DNA of 20,000 bases from the IMG/VR virus record IMGVR_UViG_3300010157_000054; one strand, given 5' to 3'. The notes under the pieces were generated by a model. It saw nothing but the letters and a program-made list of their open reading frames with translations. It was not told the origin of the DNA and made no database searches. This document shows positions 6,544 to 15,220 of the stretch, one piece after another; within the stretch, counting starts at the first letter, position 1; each line of letters begins with the position of its first letter. The translations under genes and the position numbers were made by a program. This DNA comes from an uncultured virus (IMG/VR IMGVR_UViG_3300010157_000054) (Duplodnaviria > Heunggongvirae > Uroviricota > Caudoviricetes).

Positions 6544-8177
6544 TTTACTATTGCTTCTAGTTCGTCAAGTTTATCAATTGCGGATTCGTTGAATTCGCTG
6601 TCTTCTGCTAATTGTACAGTATTGGAATCCACTTCGTCAAATAGATTGGCAAACGATGTACTAGCATTAACAGTTTTCTTACCGCTAGCACCTCGAGTAC
6701 CAATAATATCCATCCAATATTTGTTATATTCTTCAACTAGGTCGTCTGCTCGTCCTCGATCACTTGTTTCAAATATAGCATTAACGATGTCCTTGAAAAA
6801 CATGTGTTCATATTGCTTAGACGATTTTCTATTTGCGTCTAGTACACTCATCATAGCAGGCATATTACCAGCATCATATTGGCGGTTAGCTTCTTGTACA
6901 GCATTAATATGCATCCAAACATTGTGCCCCATTTGAATAGCATAACTAAATGAATCCCAGCTAGTCTTGTTACTAACTTTACCTAACTTATTCAAGTCCG
7001 GTGTTTTAATCCAATCTGCTGGATTCATTGGGTCCGGATTAGTAATACCAGGTTTGGGAATACCAGCACCGTAGATACAAATCTCTTTCATAGTAACTTG
7101 ATCTATGATTGGACTAGATTCAAATAATTTAAAGATATTATCTTGTATTACTGCGTCTTTAAAGAGTCTAGTGTCTGTTGCGTATTTTTTATTGTCTGCA
7201 GAAGACTGCATACGGTAGACCCATTTTTTACGATCTTCGGTTTCTGTGTTGATATAGATTTGTCCGTTTGCGGTAGCAAGGAACGGACTTGCGCAGTCAA
7301 AAGAGATGGTAAATTGCTCATTATGATATTTCCTTACAGCACGTTGAATGTCAGTGAGCAGTACAGCCCACTCCAATTTTGAGGTACCTAAGAAGTGCAT
7401 CCAATCTTGTTCACCCTTCTCAAGCAAGCCATCAAATCTTAATGCCACTAGGCGTTTTAATACCAAGTGTACGTCACACATATTCTGCCCACCCATACCC
7501 CAACCGTTAAAATGACGGTCGCCGTATTGTTTAGGATCACAATACTTCTTCATGCGATCATACCAGTCGTCGGCATCGGCGTGATTTTCGCCCTGTAAAA
7601 CGTTTAAGAACTTACAATTGCCGTTTCGATTATTAACAAAATAATCGTTATTAATATAAGTACCTTGTACAGCTTCTGCGTATGTACTAATGCCAGTTGC
7701 CGCAACACCAGACGGACTACGAGCTACCCACGCTGGGATATCAAGCCCCATACCATAGTCCATTAGCGTGTCCATCCAAGTTAACACTTGAGAACGTTTC
7801 TTTGCCGCTTTGGGACAATTGGGATCTTTCCAATCAGCAGGCCAAACACCTTTACCGATCTGGAAACCACCTGAGTCACCTAACACCCAACTTGTAGATC
7901 TATTACGATTTCGGAACATGTCCTCGCTTTCGTCTTGTTTATTCAAATCAAGATTAGCATGTCCTGCGGAGTACAAACAATGGTCATAATAAAATGCGCC
8001 TTTATCTGGGTCAAGATAGTTAAGACTTTCAACGCCATTCACAAAACTTGCCGGAATACGAGCAGGATCTACATAGTTGCTATAGCGTTGTTTACCTATA
8101 AATGTACTATAAAATCCCGATGTTGCTGGCAAGAAATATGCGTAATCGTTTTGATGTGCTGTTAAATTTTTATTCAT
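6540..8177 (-). CDS. dpdA: tRNA-guanine transglycosylase-fold protein, DpdA-like DNA 7-deazaguanine transglycosylase (probable start ATG 8177)
   Basis: TGT catalytic motifs in order: GDSGGFQ, GLDIP, NVLQG, GWGMGG, MHFLG, SFDCASP, HN. The canonical Zn CxCxxC is absent. Phage context with folE and a queD-like gene. Confidence 0.75.
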   Translation of the reverse strand: MNKNLTAHQNDYAYFLPATSGFYSTFIGKQRYSNYVDPARIPASFVNGVESLNYLDPDKGAFYYDHCLYSAGHANLDLNKQDESEDMFRNRNRSTSWVLGDSGGFQIGKGVWPADWKDPNCPKAAKKRSQVLTWMDTLMDYGMGLDIPAWVARSPSGVAATGISTYAEAVQGTYINNDYFVNNRNGNCKFLNVLQGENHADADDWYDRMKKYCDPKQYGDRHFNGWGMGGQNMCDVHLVLKRLVALRFDGLLEKGEQDWMHFLGTSKLEWAVLLTDIQRAVRKYHNEQFTISFDCASPFLATANGQIYINTETEDRKKWVYRMQSSADNKKYATDTRLFKDAVIQDNIFKLFESSPIIDQVTMKEICIYGAGIPKPGITNPDPMNPADWIKTPDLNKLGKVSNKTSWDSFSYAIQMGHNVWMHINAVQEANRQYDAGNMPAMMSVLDANRKSSKQYEHMFFKDIVNAIFETSDRGRADDLVEEYNKYWMDIIGTRGASGKKTVNASTSFANLFDEVDSNTVQLAEDSEFNESAIDKLDELEAIVK

Positions 8178-8524
8178 ATTAAATGTTGTGCCAGTACCAT
8201 ACAGCTGATCCACGCCCATATAGTGTTAAATCCTACTAGTGTCGGTAATAATTTCTTCTCACTTGCCCAAATAAGTGTTAGACTTGTTGCTAGTGTAAAG
8301 AAATACAACCACCATATTTGTATACCGAATATTAAACCAGGAACAATGATAAAAGCCTTGGCCGCCCAACTTAAAAACTCCACGAGATTATAGTCAGTCC
8401 AATATTCCTTTGTAAACCACATGCCATAGCACTCTTTAATCTTAGTAAACGTAATATGTTTATATACTATTACTATTAAAACTAGCCATGCTAGGCATGC
8501 AGATACTATCTGGACATTATTCAT
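8174..8524 (-). CDS. multi-pass membrane protein (3-4 TM)
   Basis: Hydrophobic helices; overlaps both the clamp stop (TAATG) and the DpdA-like start (ATGA). Confidence 0.75.
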   Translation of the reverse strand: MNNVQIVSACLAWLVLIVIVYKHITFTKIKECYGMWFTKEYWTDYNLVEFLSWAAKAFIIVPGLIFGIQIWWLYFFTLATSLTLIWASEKKLLPTLVGFNTIWAWISCMVLAQHLI

Positions 8525-9255
8525 TACTTAGATTGTGCTGGTAGAATGTAGTTATACTCGGCAAGTCCGCTGTCAACTGTAATTTGTAGTGCGCCTTGAT
8601 CAGTAATCTTCATAGTAATATCACCACTTAGATTTAAAATGCTCATCATTTGATTAACGGGCCATGACCACGATTGTTTCAATTTACCAGTAATGCCTGC
8701 TTGGAAAATAAATGATCCAGCATGGGTGCTAGCATCACCAAAACTAAACACTAGGTTATCATCTTTAGTTGTTATTTGAAATACTGTTTCTTCAGTATGT
8801 GCTTGTGCTTGGAACTTCAACCGTTGGATACTTGAAACGCTTGGTTGGAATTCAATATCCCAAGAAGAGCCTTTATACTTTACAGACTTAAGACGTTCGT
8901 TAATAATGTCTTGATTCATAAAACGGTAATCGTTTTCAAAATCGTTAGCCGCATTAACAAAGTGTAACCCTGTTGGAATTTCTTCCCCGTTACGTTGTTG
9001 TTTAACCACGCTAATCTTTGCGTTTTCTTTGTACTCTGGGCACTTCAAATGAATGTCCAACTTGTTTAAGTTAGGCATGCCAAACGTACCTTCAAAGTCG
9101 CTGACTGGTTTATGAGTCTTAGCATTAACAATAACTGAACGATCCTCAGCCATCGATTCAATTTTTGTTTCTGTGTCAGTAGCACTAATTTTCACTAATG
9201 GCAAAAAGCCAAGTGAATGTGTATGTGCTACTAGGTCTTGTAAAAAGTCTTTCAT
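8524..9255 (-). CDS. DNA polymerase sliding clamp (gp45/PCNA-like)
   Basis: 243 aa alternating alpha/beta pattern, SMAEDRSVIV and C-terminal GLAEYNYILPA resembling PCNA; close to polB; GGAG SD. Confidence 0.7.
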   Translation of the reverse strand: MKDFLQDLVAHTHSLGFLPLVKISATDTETKIESMAEDRSVIVNAKTHKPVSDFEGTFGMPNLNKLDIHLKCPEYKENAKISVVKQQRNGEEIPTGLHFVNAANDFENDYRFMNQDIINERLKSVKYKGSSWDIEFQPSVSSIQRLKFQAQAHTEETVFQITTKDDNLVFSFGDASTHAGSFIFQAGITGKLKQSWSWPVNQMMSILNLSGDITMKITDQGALQITVDSGLAEYNYILPAQSK

Positions 9256-9276
9256 ATTGATTCTCCGTGTTTATCT

Positions 9277-9305
9277 ATTATATTTAGGTTTGTGACAAAA
9301 GTCAA
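9277..9305 (-). promoter_or_regulatory. sigma70-like promoter for the clamp/DpdA operon
   Basis: TTGACT (9305-9300), 17-nt spacer, TATAAT (9282-9277); overlaps AAACCTAAATA. Confidence 0.8.
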
Positions 9306-10075
9306 GCATTTTTTCGTATTTGATGATTGTATTTCACCGTTTCTTCAACTAGTGTAATTGGCGACCCAATTGCGTTAGCCCATTGTATAAATGCTGTCGT
9401 GTCTTTGGGGAAACAATGACCTCCCCATCCACGTTCTCCATCTGGTCCTGGCACAATAGTGTGTCCAGAACCAATTCTTTGATCGTTAGCTAGTATGTGT
9501 CTAACGATATCATAATCCATTCCTGTTGTTTCGCAAATATCGTTTATTTGATTAAAGAAACTTGTTTTAAGAGCAAGGAACGAGTTAGTTGAGTATTTGA
9601 CTAAACATGCTTCTTTAGCAGTACAGTTAAACACTAGTTTACAATTTGGTAATGTTGTTTGGAATAGTTCTTGCCAAAAACATTCAGGATCCTCACCGCC
9701 TAACACAACATACTTTTGATTTAAGAAATCTTCATTAGCACTTCTTGCTCTTAAAAACTCTGGACTATATGTTATAGAAAGTGTTGAATATGCTTGTTCG
9801 AAAGCTTCGGCAATGCCAGGGGTTACTGTACTTTTAATTAACACTGGCATGAATATAGGTACTTGGTCCAATATGCTAATAATTATACTGTCATCGCAAA
9901 CACCATTTTCAGTAGCGGGAGTTGGCGCACATATAATCAATCCATCGGCATCGTGATGATCTTTAATTTGATCTTCGGAATATTTAGGATCAACAATAAC
10001 GATTTCGTGTTGATTTTTAAAAGCATTGAATACTGCTTTACCAACAAATCCGTATCCGGCAATAATTATTTTCAT
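9302..10075 (-). CDS. ugd: UDP-glucose/GDP-mannose 6-dehydrogenase family protein lacking the C-terminal domain (start ATG 10075 or 10087)
   Basis: GYGFVG Rossmann motif, IKSTV, SPEFLR, KYSTNSFLALK and catalytic GWGGHCFPKD; only ~257 aa. Confidence 0.85.
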   Translation of the reverse strand: MKIIIAGYGFVGKAVFNAFKNQHEIVIVDPKYSEDQIKDHHDADGLIICAPTPATENGVCDDSIIISILDQVPIFMPVLIKSTVTPGIAEAFEQAYSTLSITYSPEFLRARSANEDFLNQKYVVLGGEDPECFWQELFQTTLPNCKLVFNCTAKEACLVKYSTNSFLALKTSFFNQINDICETTGMDYDIVRHILANDQRIGSGHTIVPGPDGERGWGGHCFPKDTTAFIQWANAIGSPITLVEETVKYNHQIRKNA

Positions 10076-10076
10076 A

Positions 10077-12746
10077 TTAGAACTCAAATAAACTGTTAAA
10101 TGTATTCTTTTCTTCAGTGCTAGTAACGTCCCACTTCAATACACCGATTAAGTTGTCTAACTTATTATCGATGATTGTTTGCTCCATTTCAGCATGATCG
10201 AACGGCAAGTCTTTGAACCATTGTGGTAATCGTAACTCGTCTACTGGATAGGCAACACTAGTGTATCCAAGAGGATTCTGTTTTAGCTTACAAACAATAA
10301 CTTTAGCACCATCGGTAATCGACATTGAGTATTTGTCGTTAAACATACGCTTTAAGGTATTCCAATTAATACTAGCACGGACATGTCCAGGCATATTAGC
10401 TTTACCGGCTTTTACTTCTTTAGCTTGATATTCTGTAATCTTGTTAGCACGTTTAGGTGAACCTTTCTCCCAACCTGGTCTGCTTTTGAATCTCAATCTA
10501 AATTCGCTGATATGTGCTAGTACATCATCTTCGGTGGCTCCTGTCAAGACTTTTTCAAGTACATCACTTAAAAAGTTCTGAATGAATTCCGGCGTATCAC
10601 TGCGCTTCAAATCCAAGCCCATGGCCTTGATCTTACCAGGTTTACCATCCACGTCTGCCCGTTTGCCCTCCTTGTCATAATACAAGACAGCATAGCGTTT
10701 CTTAGTAATGAACAGACTCTTACTGCCAACGATCTCACGACCTGCTTTGATAACTTCACCACGGGTCTTTGGACAGTGGAACGCATCTAACATAAACTGT
10801 GGGAATGTGGTATTGACTTCTTCACCAATTTGGTCATACAACTGTATAACACTTTCTTTAGTCCAGGGTACATGTCCTGCGGCAATTTCTTTTTCTAATG
10901 TTTTATACGCACTAAAGTAACAAGAGTCAGTATCACCATAGATAATAGCTTTGCCTGTGTGATTGTATTCGCCTGCGATAATTTCATTTACCTTACTTGC
11001 CATATGGTGTGCGATAGCACGTCCAGTAAGAGTGGTAGATTGACCGATGCGTTTATCAAAAAAGCGACACCCAGGATTAAGAATGGCACCGTACAGCGAG
11101 TTAAGATTAATCTTTTTAACCAATTGTCGCTTGTCCCAGTATTCCTCTTCAATTTTATTACCAGCATTGATTGCCTCCTTTAGTTTAGCTTGCATTTCTT
11201 TTCGCTCGCTATACCACCGTTTCAACAATCCGGGAATAATACCTTCATTTTCATAAGTGAAAATAGTACCGTTGGCACTAAGCATCCAAGGTTGGTTGCT
11301 TTCGTAAATTAATCTATATACTTCTGCGGCACTTAGCACATCGCTATCGCCATTTTCCCAGTCGATGGTAATATCAGCGCCAATTTCTTGACCCATTACT
11401 GCAGTATACTCTACACTGCCGAACATACCTTCCCATGCCGCGGCAAATGATTTTCCTTTGGCAGTTTGATTATCGATATATTCTTGTGTTTTAGTTTGTC
11501 GTAGTTGCCCAATAATAGTTTCAGGACCCATATTAAGTGCTCTAATGGCACTTGGATATAACGAATTAATGTCTAACGAGCCAACCCAGTCCTGGATGCC
11601 TTCTTTAGGATATGCAACGTAAGCACCAGCGGCCCCTTCGTTGTCTTCACGTTCGTCCATTTTAGTTCTATTGGGAACTTGAAATCCTCTGCGATGGCAT
11701 TCATTAATGATAGCCTGTTCAGTTACCGCTACCGCACCCATTGTAGTCTGTAGCAACACAGTACATTCGTGTGCTAGTGTGTTGGCAAGATCCATGAACT
11801 TGAGCTTTTTATCAAGATCATCTAGTAGTTGGCAGTCATTAATATTATATTCTACAAATGTACGGAAGTCATTGTTGTATAGCTGATCCAATGTGCCTTC
11901 GTATTGTGTTTTACGCTGACCTAATTCGTATTCTGCGATTGCATCCAATCGATACGTATGACGTTCTTCATACGTATACTTACGATACAGTTCAAGACTA
12001 TCTAAGTGTACACGACCAATGAAGTCATAGGTTACTGCTTGACGTCCGTATTTTTCATATTCTCTGCGTTTAGGAAATTGATTAAACAAACAGAATCTAC
12101 GTGTATCTTCTTTTGACAGTGCCTTAGTAACACGGTTAACAGTGTAAGGAATATCAAAGCCTTCTGAGTTCCACCCACTTAGTATGTCGGCGTCTTTAAT
12201 TAAATCTAAAAATACATCTAGCATTTCTGCTTCAGATGCGTACAACATGACATTGTCAAAGTCTTTGACAGCTTCCTTGGCTTGTTCCATGGTCATGGTC
12301 TTTGGAGGAATTGCCAAACAGATCATAGTGTCCATCCACTGTAGCTTGACTGCTATAGCAGTGATAGGCATGAACGCATCGTCCGGACTAGCATAGCCAC
12401 GTTCTGGGTCAAAGTCGACCTCAATGTCGAAGAACGCTACATTTAGTTTTGGTGCGTCTTGATTAAGATAGTTTTCACTTAGGCAAACAAAGATTGGATT
12501 AATATCTGCTTCGAATAATTTCTTGCCACTATTAATAGCTTGTTCTTTTCGAAACTCTTTTGTGTTTTTACATACAACACGGCTTACGGGATCGCCGTAA
12601 ATGCTTTGGAATTTGCCCCTTGGGTCTTGATAGTAGAACGTGTGCTTAACAGGAATATCTCTGAATTCACGTTCACCTTTCTTATTACGTTCAACCACTT
12701 TAATGATATCATTCTCGCGGTCGAACCATGCGTCTACATAGCTCAT
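10077..12746 (-). CDS. polB: family B DNA polymerase (T4 gp43-like)
   Basis: Exonuclease motifs FDIE, WNSEGFDIPY, YNIND; polymerase motifs DINSLYPS, KINLNSLYG, YGDTDS, KKRY; 889 aa. Confidence 0.97.
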   Translation of the reverse strand: MSYVDAWFDRENDIIKVVERNKKGEREFRDIPVKHTFYYQDPRGKFQSIYGDPVSRVVCKNTKEFRKEQAINSGKKLFEADINPIFVCLSENYLNQDAPKLNVAFFDIEVDFDPERGYASPDDAFMPITAIAVKLQWMDTMICLAIPPKTMTMEQAKEAVKDFDNVMLYASEAEMLDVFLDLIKDADILSGWNSEGFDIPYTVNRVTKALSKEDTRRFCLFNQFPKRREYEKYGRQAVTYDFIGRVHLDSLELYRKYTYEERHTYRLDAIAEYELGQRKTQYEGTLDQLYNNDFRTFVEYNINDCQLLDDLDKKLKFMDLANTLAHECTVLLQTTMGAVAVTEQAIINECHRRGFQVPNRTKMDEREDNEGAAGAYVAYPKEGIQDWVGSLDINSLYPSAIRALNMGPETIIGQLRQTKTQEYIDNQTAKGKSFAAAWEGMFGSVEYTAVMGQEIGADITIDWENGDSDVLSAAEVYRLIYESNQPWMLSANGTIFTYENEGIIPGLLKRWYSERKEMQAKLKEAINAGNKIEEEYWDKRQLVKKINLNSLYGAILNPGCRFFDKRIGQSTTLTGRAIAHHMASKVNEIIAGEYNHTGKAIIYGDTDSCYFSAYKTLEKEIAAGHVPWTKESVIQLYDQIGEEVNTTFPQFMLDAFHCPKTRGEVIKAGREIVGSKSLFITKKRYAVLYYDKEGKRADVDGKPGKIKAMGLDLKRSDTPEFIQNFLSDVLEKVLTGATEDDVLAHISEFRLRFKSRPGWEKGSPKRANKITEYQAKEVKAGKANMPGHVRASINWNTLKRMFNDKYSMSITDGAKVIVCKLKQNPLGYTSVAYPVDELRLPQWFKDLPFDHAEMEQTIIDNKLDNLIGVLKWDVTSTEEKNTFNSLFEF

Positions 12747-12751
12747 TTAAT

Positions 12752-12804
12752 CTCCATATGTCATTTAGGGCTGACAAACACCAACGTTGCGGTTTATGGC
12801 CCGC
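12752..12804 (-). promoter_or_regulatory. twin-hairpin leader next to the polB Shine-Dalgarno (putative translational operator)
   Basis: Minus strand GCGG-GCCATAAA-CCGC (12804-12789) and TGTCA-GCCCTAAA-TGACA (12776-12759), then GGAG (12755-12752). Confidence 0.55.
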
Positions 12805-12815
12805 CTGCCATCTAT

Positions 12816-12844
12816 AGTATACTGCTTTTAGATACGTTTTGTAA
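12816..12844 (-). promoter_or_regulatory. possible sigma70-like promoter for polB
   Basis: TTACAA, 17-nt spacer, TATACT; the -35 is a weak match. Confidence 0.4.
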
Positions 12845-13085
12845 TATCCAAAATTGCTTCAATCTCAGCCCAATCTTCATTGTGTGAACTCCAATCGCCC
12901 TTGTGAGCAATCTTAATAGCACGATTAATAACGCTGGGTTTGATCTGTAATTCTTCTGCTACTGCCTTGACTGTTTCTTTTAAGCCTTCTGTAAGATCTT
13001 CAACTTCACGTAGTACCGTACTACCTTCCGAAATCAATCGCTCTAGTTTTGCCTTTTCTTCTGCGCCATAATTACGTCCTGACAT
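12828..13085 (-). CDS. dsDNA-binding protein, T4 DsbA/GapR-like
   Basis: 85-aa helical protein with LKETVKAVAEELQIKPSVINRAIKIAHK; strong AAGGAG SD; lies upstream of polB. Confidence 0.7.
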   Translation of the reverse strand: MSGRNYGAEEKAKLERLISEGSTVLREVEDLTEGLKETVKAVAEELQIKPSVINRAIKIAHKGDWSSHNEDWAEIEAILDITKRI

Positions 13086-13108
13086 GTGATATCTCCTTGT
13101 ATAAGCCT

Positions 13109-13137
13109 ATTATACTTTACTTATCTTGTAATAGCAA
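13109..13137 (-). promoter_or_regulatory. sigma70-like promoter starting the replication module
   Basis: TTGCTA (13137-13132), 17-nt spacer, TATAAT (13114-13109), immediately downstream of the terminator. Confidence 0.7.
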
Positions 13138-13159
13138 CCACTTAGAAATTTTAGAGGTG

Positions 13160-13186
13160 AAAATGGCAGAACGAATCTGCCATTTT
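13160..13186 (-). terminator. rho-independent terminator, potentially bidirectional
   Basis: Perfect inverted repeat AAAATGGCAGA-ttcgt-TCTGCCATTTT, 10 nt after the 666-aa gene stop. Confidence 0.85.
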
Positions 13187-13196
13187 AACTAATTGA

Positions 13197-15197
13197 TTAC
13201 TTTAGTTTTTCTTGAGCAGCCGCTAGTCCTTTTTGGATTTCTGGATTTTTAGAAGTGCTTAGATCTTTAATTAATGCTTCAATTTGAGCTTTTAGTGCTG
13301 CCATCTCAGCATCGTCGGCTGCTGATGTATCTGGAGGATTTGTTTGTCCACCTTGACCACCGCCTTCTGGAGGTTTAACTGGAACATTAGGTCTAACTGG
13401 GGTATTAGGAGTAACTGGAGTATTAGGGGTAACTGGGTCATTGCCACCAAGTTTGCCCGAAGCATAACCGCCTGCTAGTCCAAGCCCAGTCAATCCAGCT
13501 GCAGTTTTTAGTGGATTATTTTTTATCGCTTTAACACCTTGGCCGGCACGATAAGCGCCTCTTGCTAGCGCAGGCTGAGCGGCAAGTTGCTTTTGAAATA
13601 TTTTAGTACCTTGACCAACTACTTGCGGATTACCTGCTCTAGTTAACGCTCCGGTAGCAACTTTTGCTCCTGATGCGCCTGTTTTAAACGCATTTAAAGC
13701 GCCTTTAGCAATGCTATCCCAAATGCCTTCTTCTAAACCTTCACTTAACCCTGCTGCCTGAGGATCAAATTTTTGCCCCGTGGGTTGTAATGAGTTATTA
13801 TCTAAAATTTCCATAGATGGATATGCTAAGATTGGTCCTGTATCTGGTTTAACAACTATGAATTGCTGACCTGCCTTTTCATGTCCTGGAGGAAATTCCA
13901 TAAATTCGCCCCCTGCCCTAACAACCATATCGGCCATTTGTTGTTCTTCTGGAGTTGGAGCATCTGGTTTGGCAGCTGGATTAGCGTCAGCAACCGGCGC
14001 TACATCATCTTCTTCATTAATTCTATCTAACTTTTGTTGTAATTCTCTCATTGTTTCTGCTAGTGATTTTTGTGGCATAGTAGTCTCTTGAATTTTTAAA
14101 CGCTGCATGGCGGCTTGTGTTTCTGTACCCATACGTCCGTCGGCACCGTACTTAGGTAATGCGTTTGGATCTTTGGCAAGGATACGTTGTTGTAATTCCT
14201 TGACTTTTGGATCAACTGGTCCTGCGCCCGGCGGTGGAGTTGGTTGGCCACTTTGAGCGGCAGGTTTACCTGTTTTTGGATCTACCTTATTCTCTGGATT
14301 GTCATACTTGTCAGTAGCACCCGACAGTTCACGACCAGCTTGCCAAGCACCTAGACCAAGAGCTGGGATCCACCCTACACCTGGTACTAATGAAAACGCA
14401 CCCGACAATCCGTTTAATGCAGCACCGAGGTAGTCTCCCTTTTTATAGCTGTCGTAAGCACCTTGTGCGCCTAGTACTGCGCCAACGCCCGGTGCAGCTC
14501 TGCCAAGTACTTTAGTAGCGGCAGCGCCAAATCCTTCGTCAGTGTGTTCTTCACGTACTTCATAGCCAAATGATTCAACTAGGCTCTGAGCAATACCGCT
14601 TTTGTAGTTGATACTTTCCTTGACCTTGTTCTTTGGTAAGTTTGGATTTGAACCAGCAATATACGGATTACCTTCACTATCGGTGGATGCTACATTGCCG
14701 TTGGTGTCAGTAGTCATTTTACTACCGTCACCCATATCTCGTGTAGTCGGGCCTGCTGGCTTGCCACCTTGCCCACGTTTAGCTCTTAATGCGTTGTACT
14801 TTTCAATTAATTCTAATAATTTCTTTAGCTTTTCCATCAAGGCAGCATCGGCATCAGCAGTTTCTTTGTACTGCTTCCAGTTGACACCTTCTGGGAAATC
14901 AATGTACTTGCCGTCTGCTGTAATTACACCGTCAACACTGGCTGGATTCCAACCTGAACGATTTAATGTGTCGCCGTTCCATACAGTAATACGAGAACCG
15001 GTCATTGGGCCTTCACCGCCTTGATTGCCGCCTTCCCAGTAAAATGTTCCGTCAGGTGCCAGCATCAACGGCATCTTATTACCCAAATTGCCTTTGTGAA
15101 AGTGTGTGGGTTTAAATTCTGTAGGAGCAGTTGCTTCATTAACATACGTGCCGGCTTGAATTGCTTCTAATTTGTTAACTAATGATCGGTAGTCCAT
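13197..15197 (-). CDS. multidomain probable virion/ejection protein with a peptidoglycan-binding domain and Gly/Ala-rich hydrophobic hairpins
   Basis: PG-binding motif VKELQQRI...GADGRMGTETQAAM; hydrophobic GAVLGAQGA...GAALNGLSGAFSLVPGVGWIPALGLGA and TAAGLTGLGLAGG; Pro-rich linkers. Confidence 0.65.
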   Translation of the reverse strand: MDYRSLVNKLEAIQAGTYVNEATAPTEFKPTHFHKGNLGNKMPLMLAPDGTFYWEGGNQGGEGPMTGSRITVWNGDTLNRSGWNPASVDGVITADGKYIDFPEGVNWKQYKETADADAALMEKLKKLLELIEKYNALRAKRGQGGKPAGPTTRDMGDGSKMTTDTNGNVASTDSEGNPYIAGSNPNLPKNKVKESINYKSGIAQSLVESFGYEVREEHTDEGFGAAATKVLGRAAPGVGAVLGAQGAYDSYKKGDYLGAALNGLSGAFSLVPGVGWIPALGLGAWQAGRELSGATDKYDNPENKVDPKTGKPAAQSGQPTPPPGAGPVDPKVKELQQRILAKDPNALPKYGADGRMGTETQAAMQRLKIQETTMPQKSLAETMRELQQKLDRINEEDDVAPVADANPAAKPDAPTPEEQQMADMVVRAGGEFMEFPPGHEKAGQQFIVVKPDTGPILAYPSMEILDNNSLQPTGQKFDPQAAGLSEGLEEGIWDSIAKGALNAFKTGASGAKVATGALTRAGNPQVVGQGTKIFQKQLAAQPALARGAYRAGQGVKAIKNNPLKTAAGLTGLGLAGGYASGKLGGNDPVTPNTPVTPNTPVRPNVPVKPPEGGGQGGQTNPPDTSAADDAEMAALKAQIEALIKDLSTSKNPEIQKGLAAAQEKLK
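13376..13437 (-). repeat. imperfect 18-bp coding tandem repeat (PVTPNT)
   Basis: Encodes PVTPNT-PVTPNT-PVRPNV-PVK. Confidence 0.7.
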
Positions 15198-15220
15198 TTC
15201 AATCTTCCTTGATATTCTAT

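Noticed and set aside
6540..8177. Calling this a canonical tRNA tgt
   Set aside because: It is too long and divergent, lacks the Zn cysteines and sits in a phage replication context; DpdA-like is more plausible but unproven.
10077..12746. Intein or intron in polB
   Set aside because: Length is normal and the motifs are contiguous; no splice-junction or homing-endonuclease motifs seen.
12747..13196. tRNA or other known ncRNA in the intergenic gaps
   Set aside because: No cloverleaf or T-loop signature; the gaps are explained by promoters, leader hairpins and the terminator.
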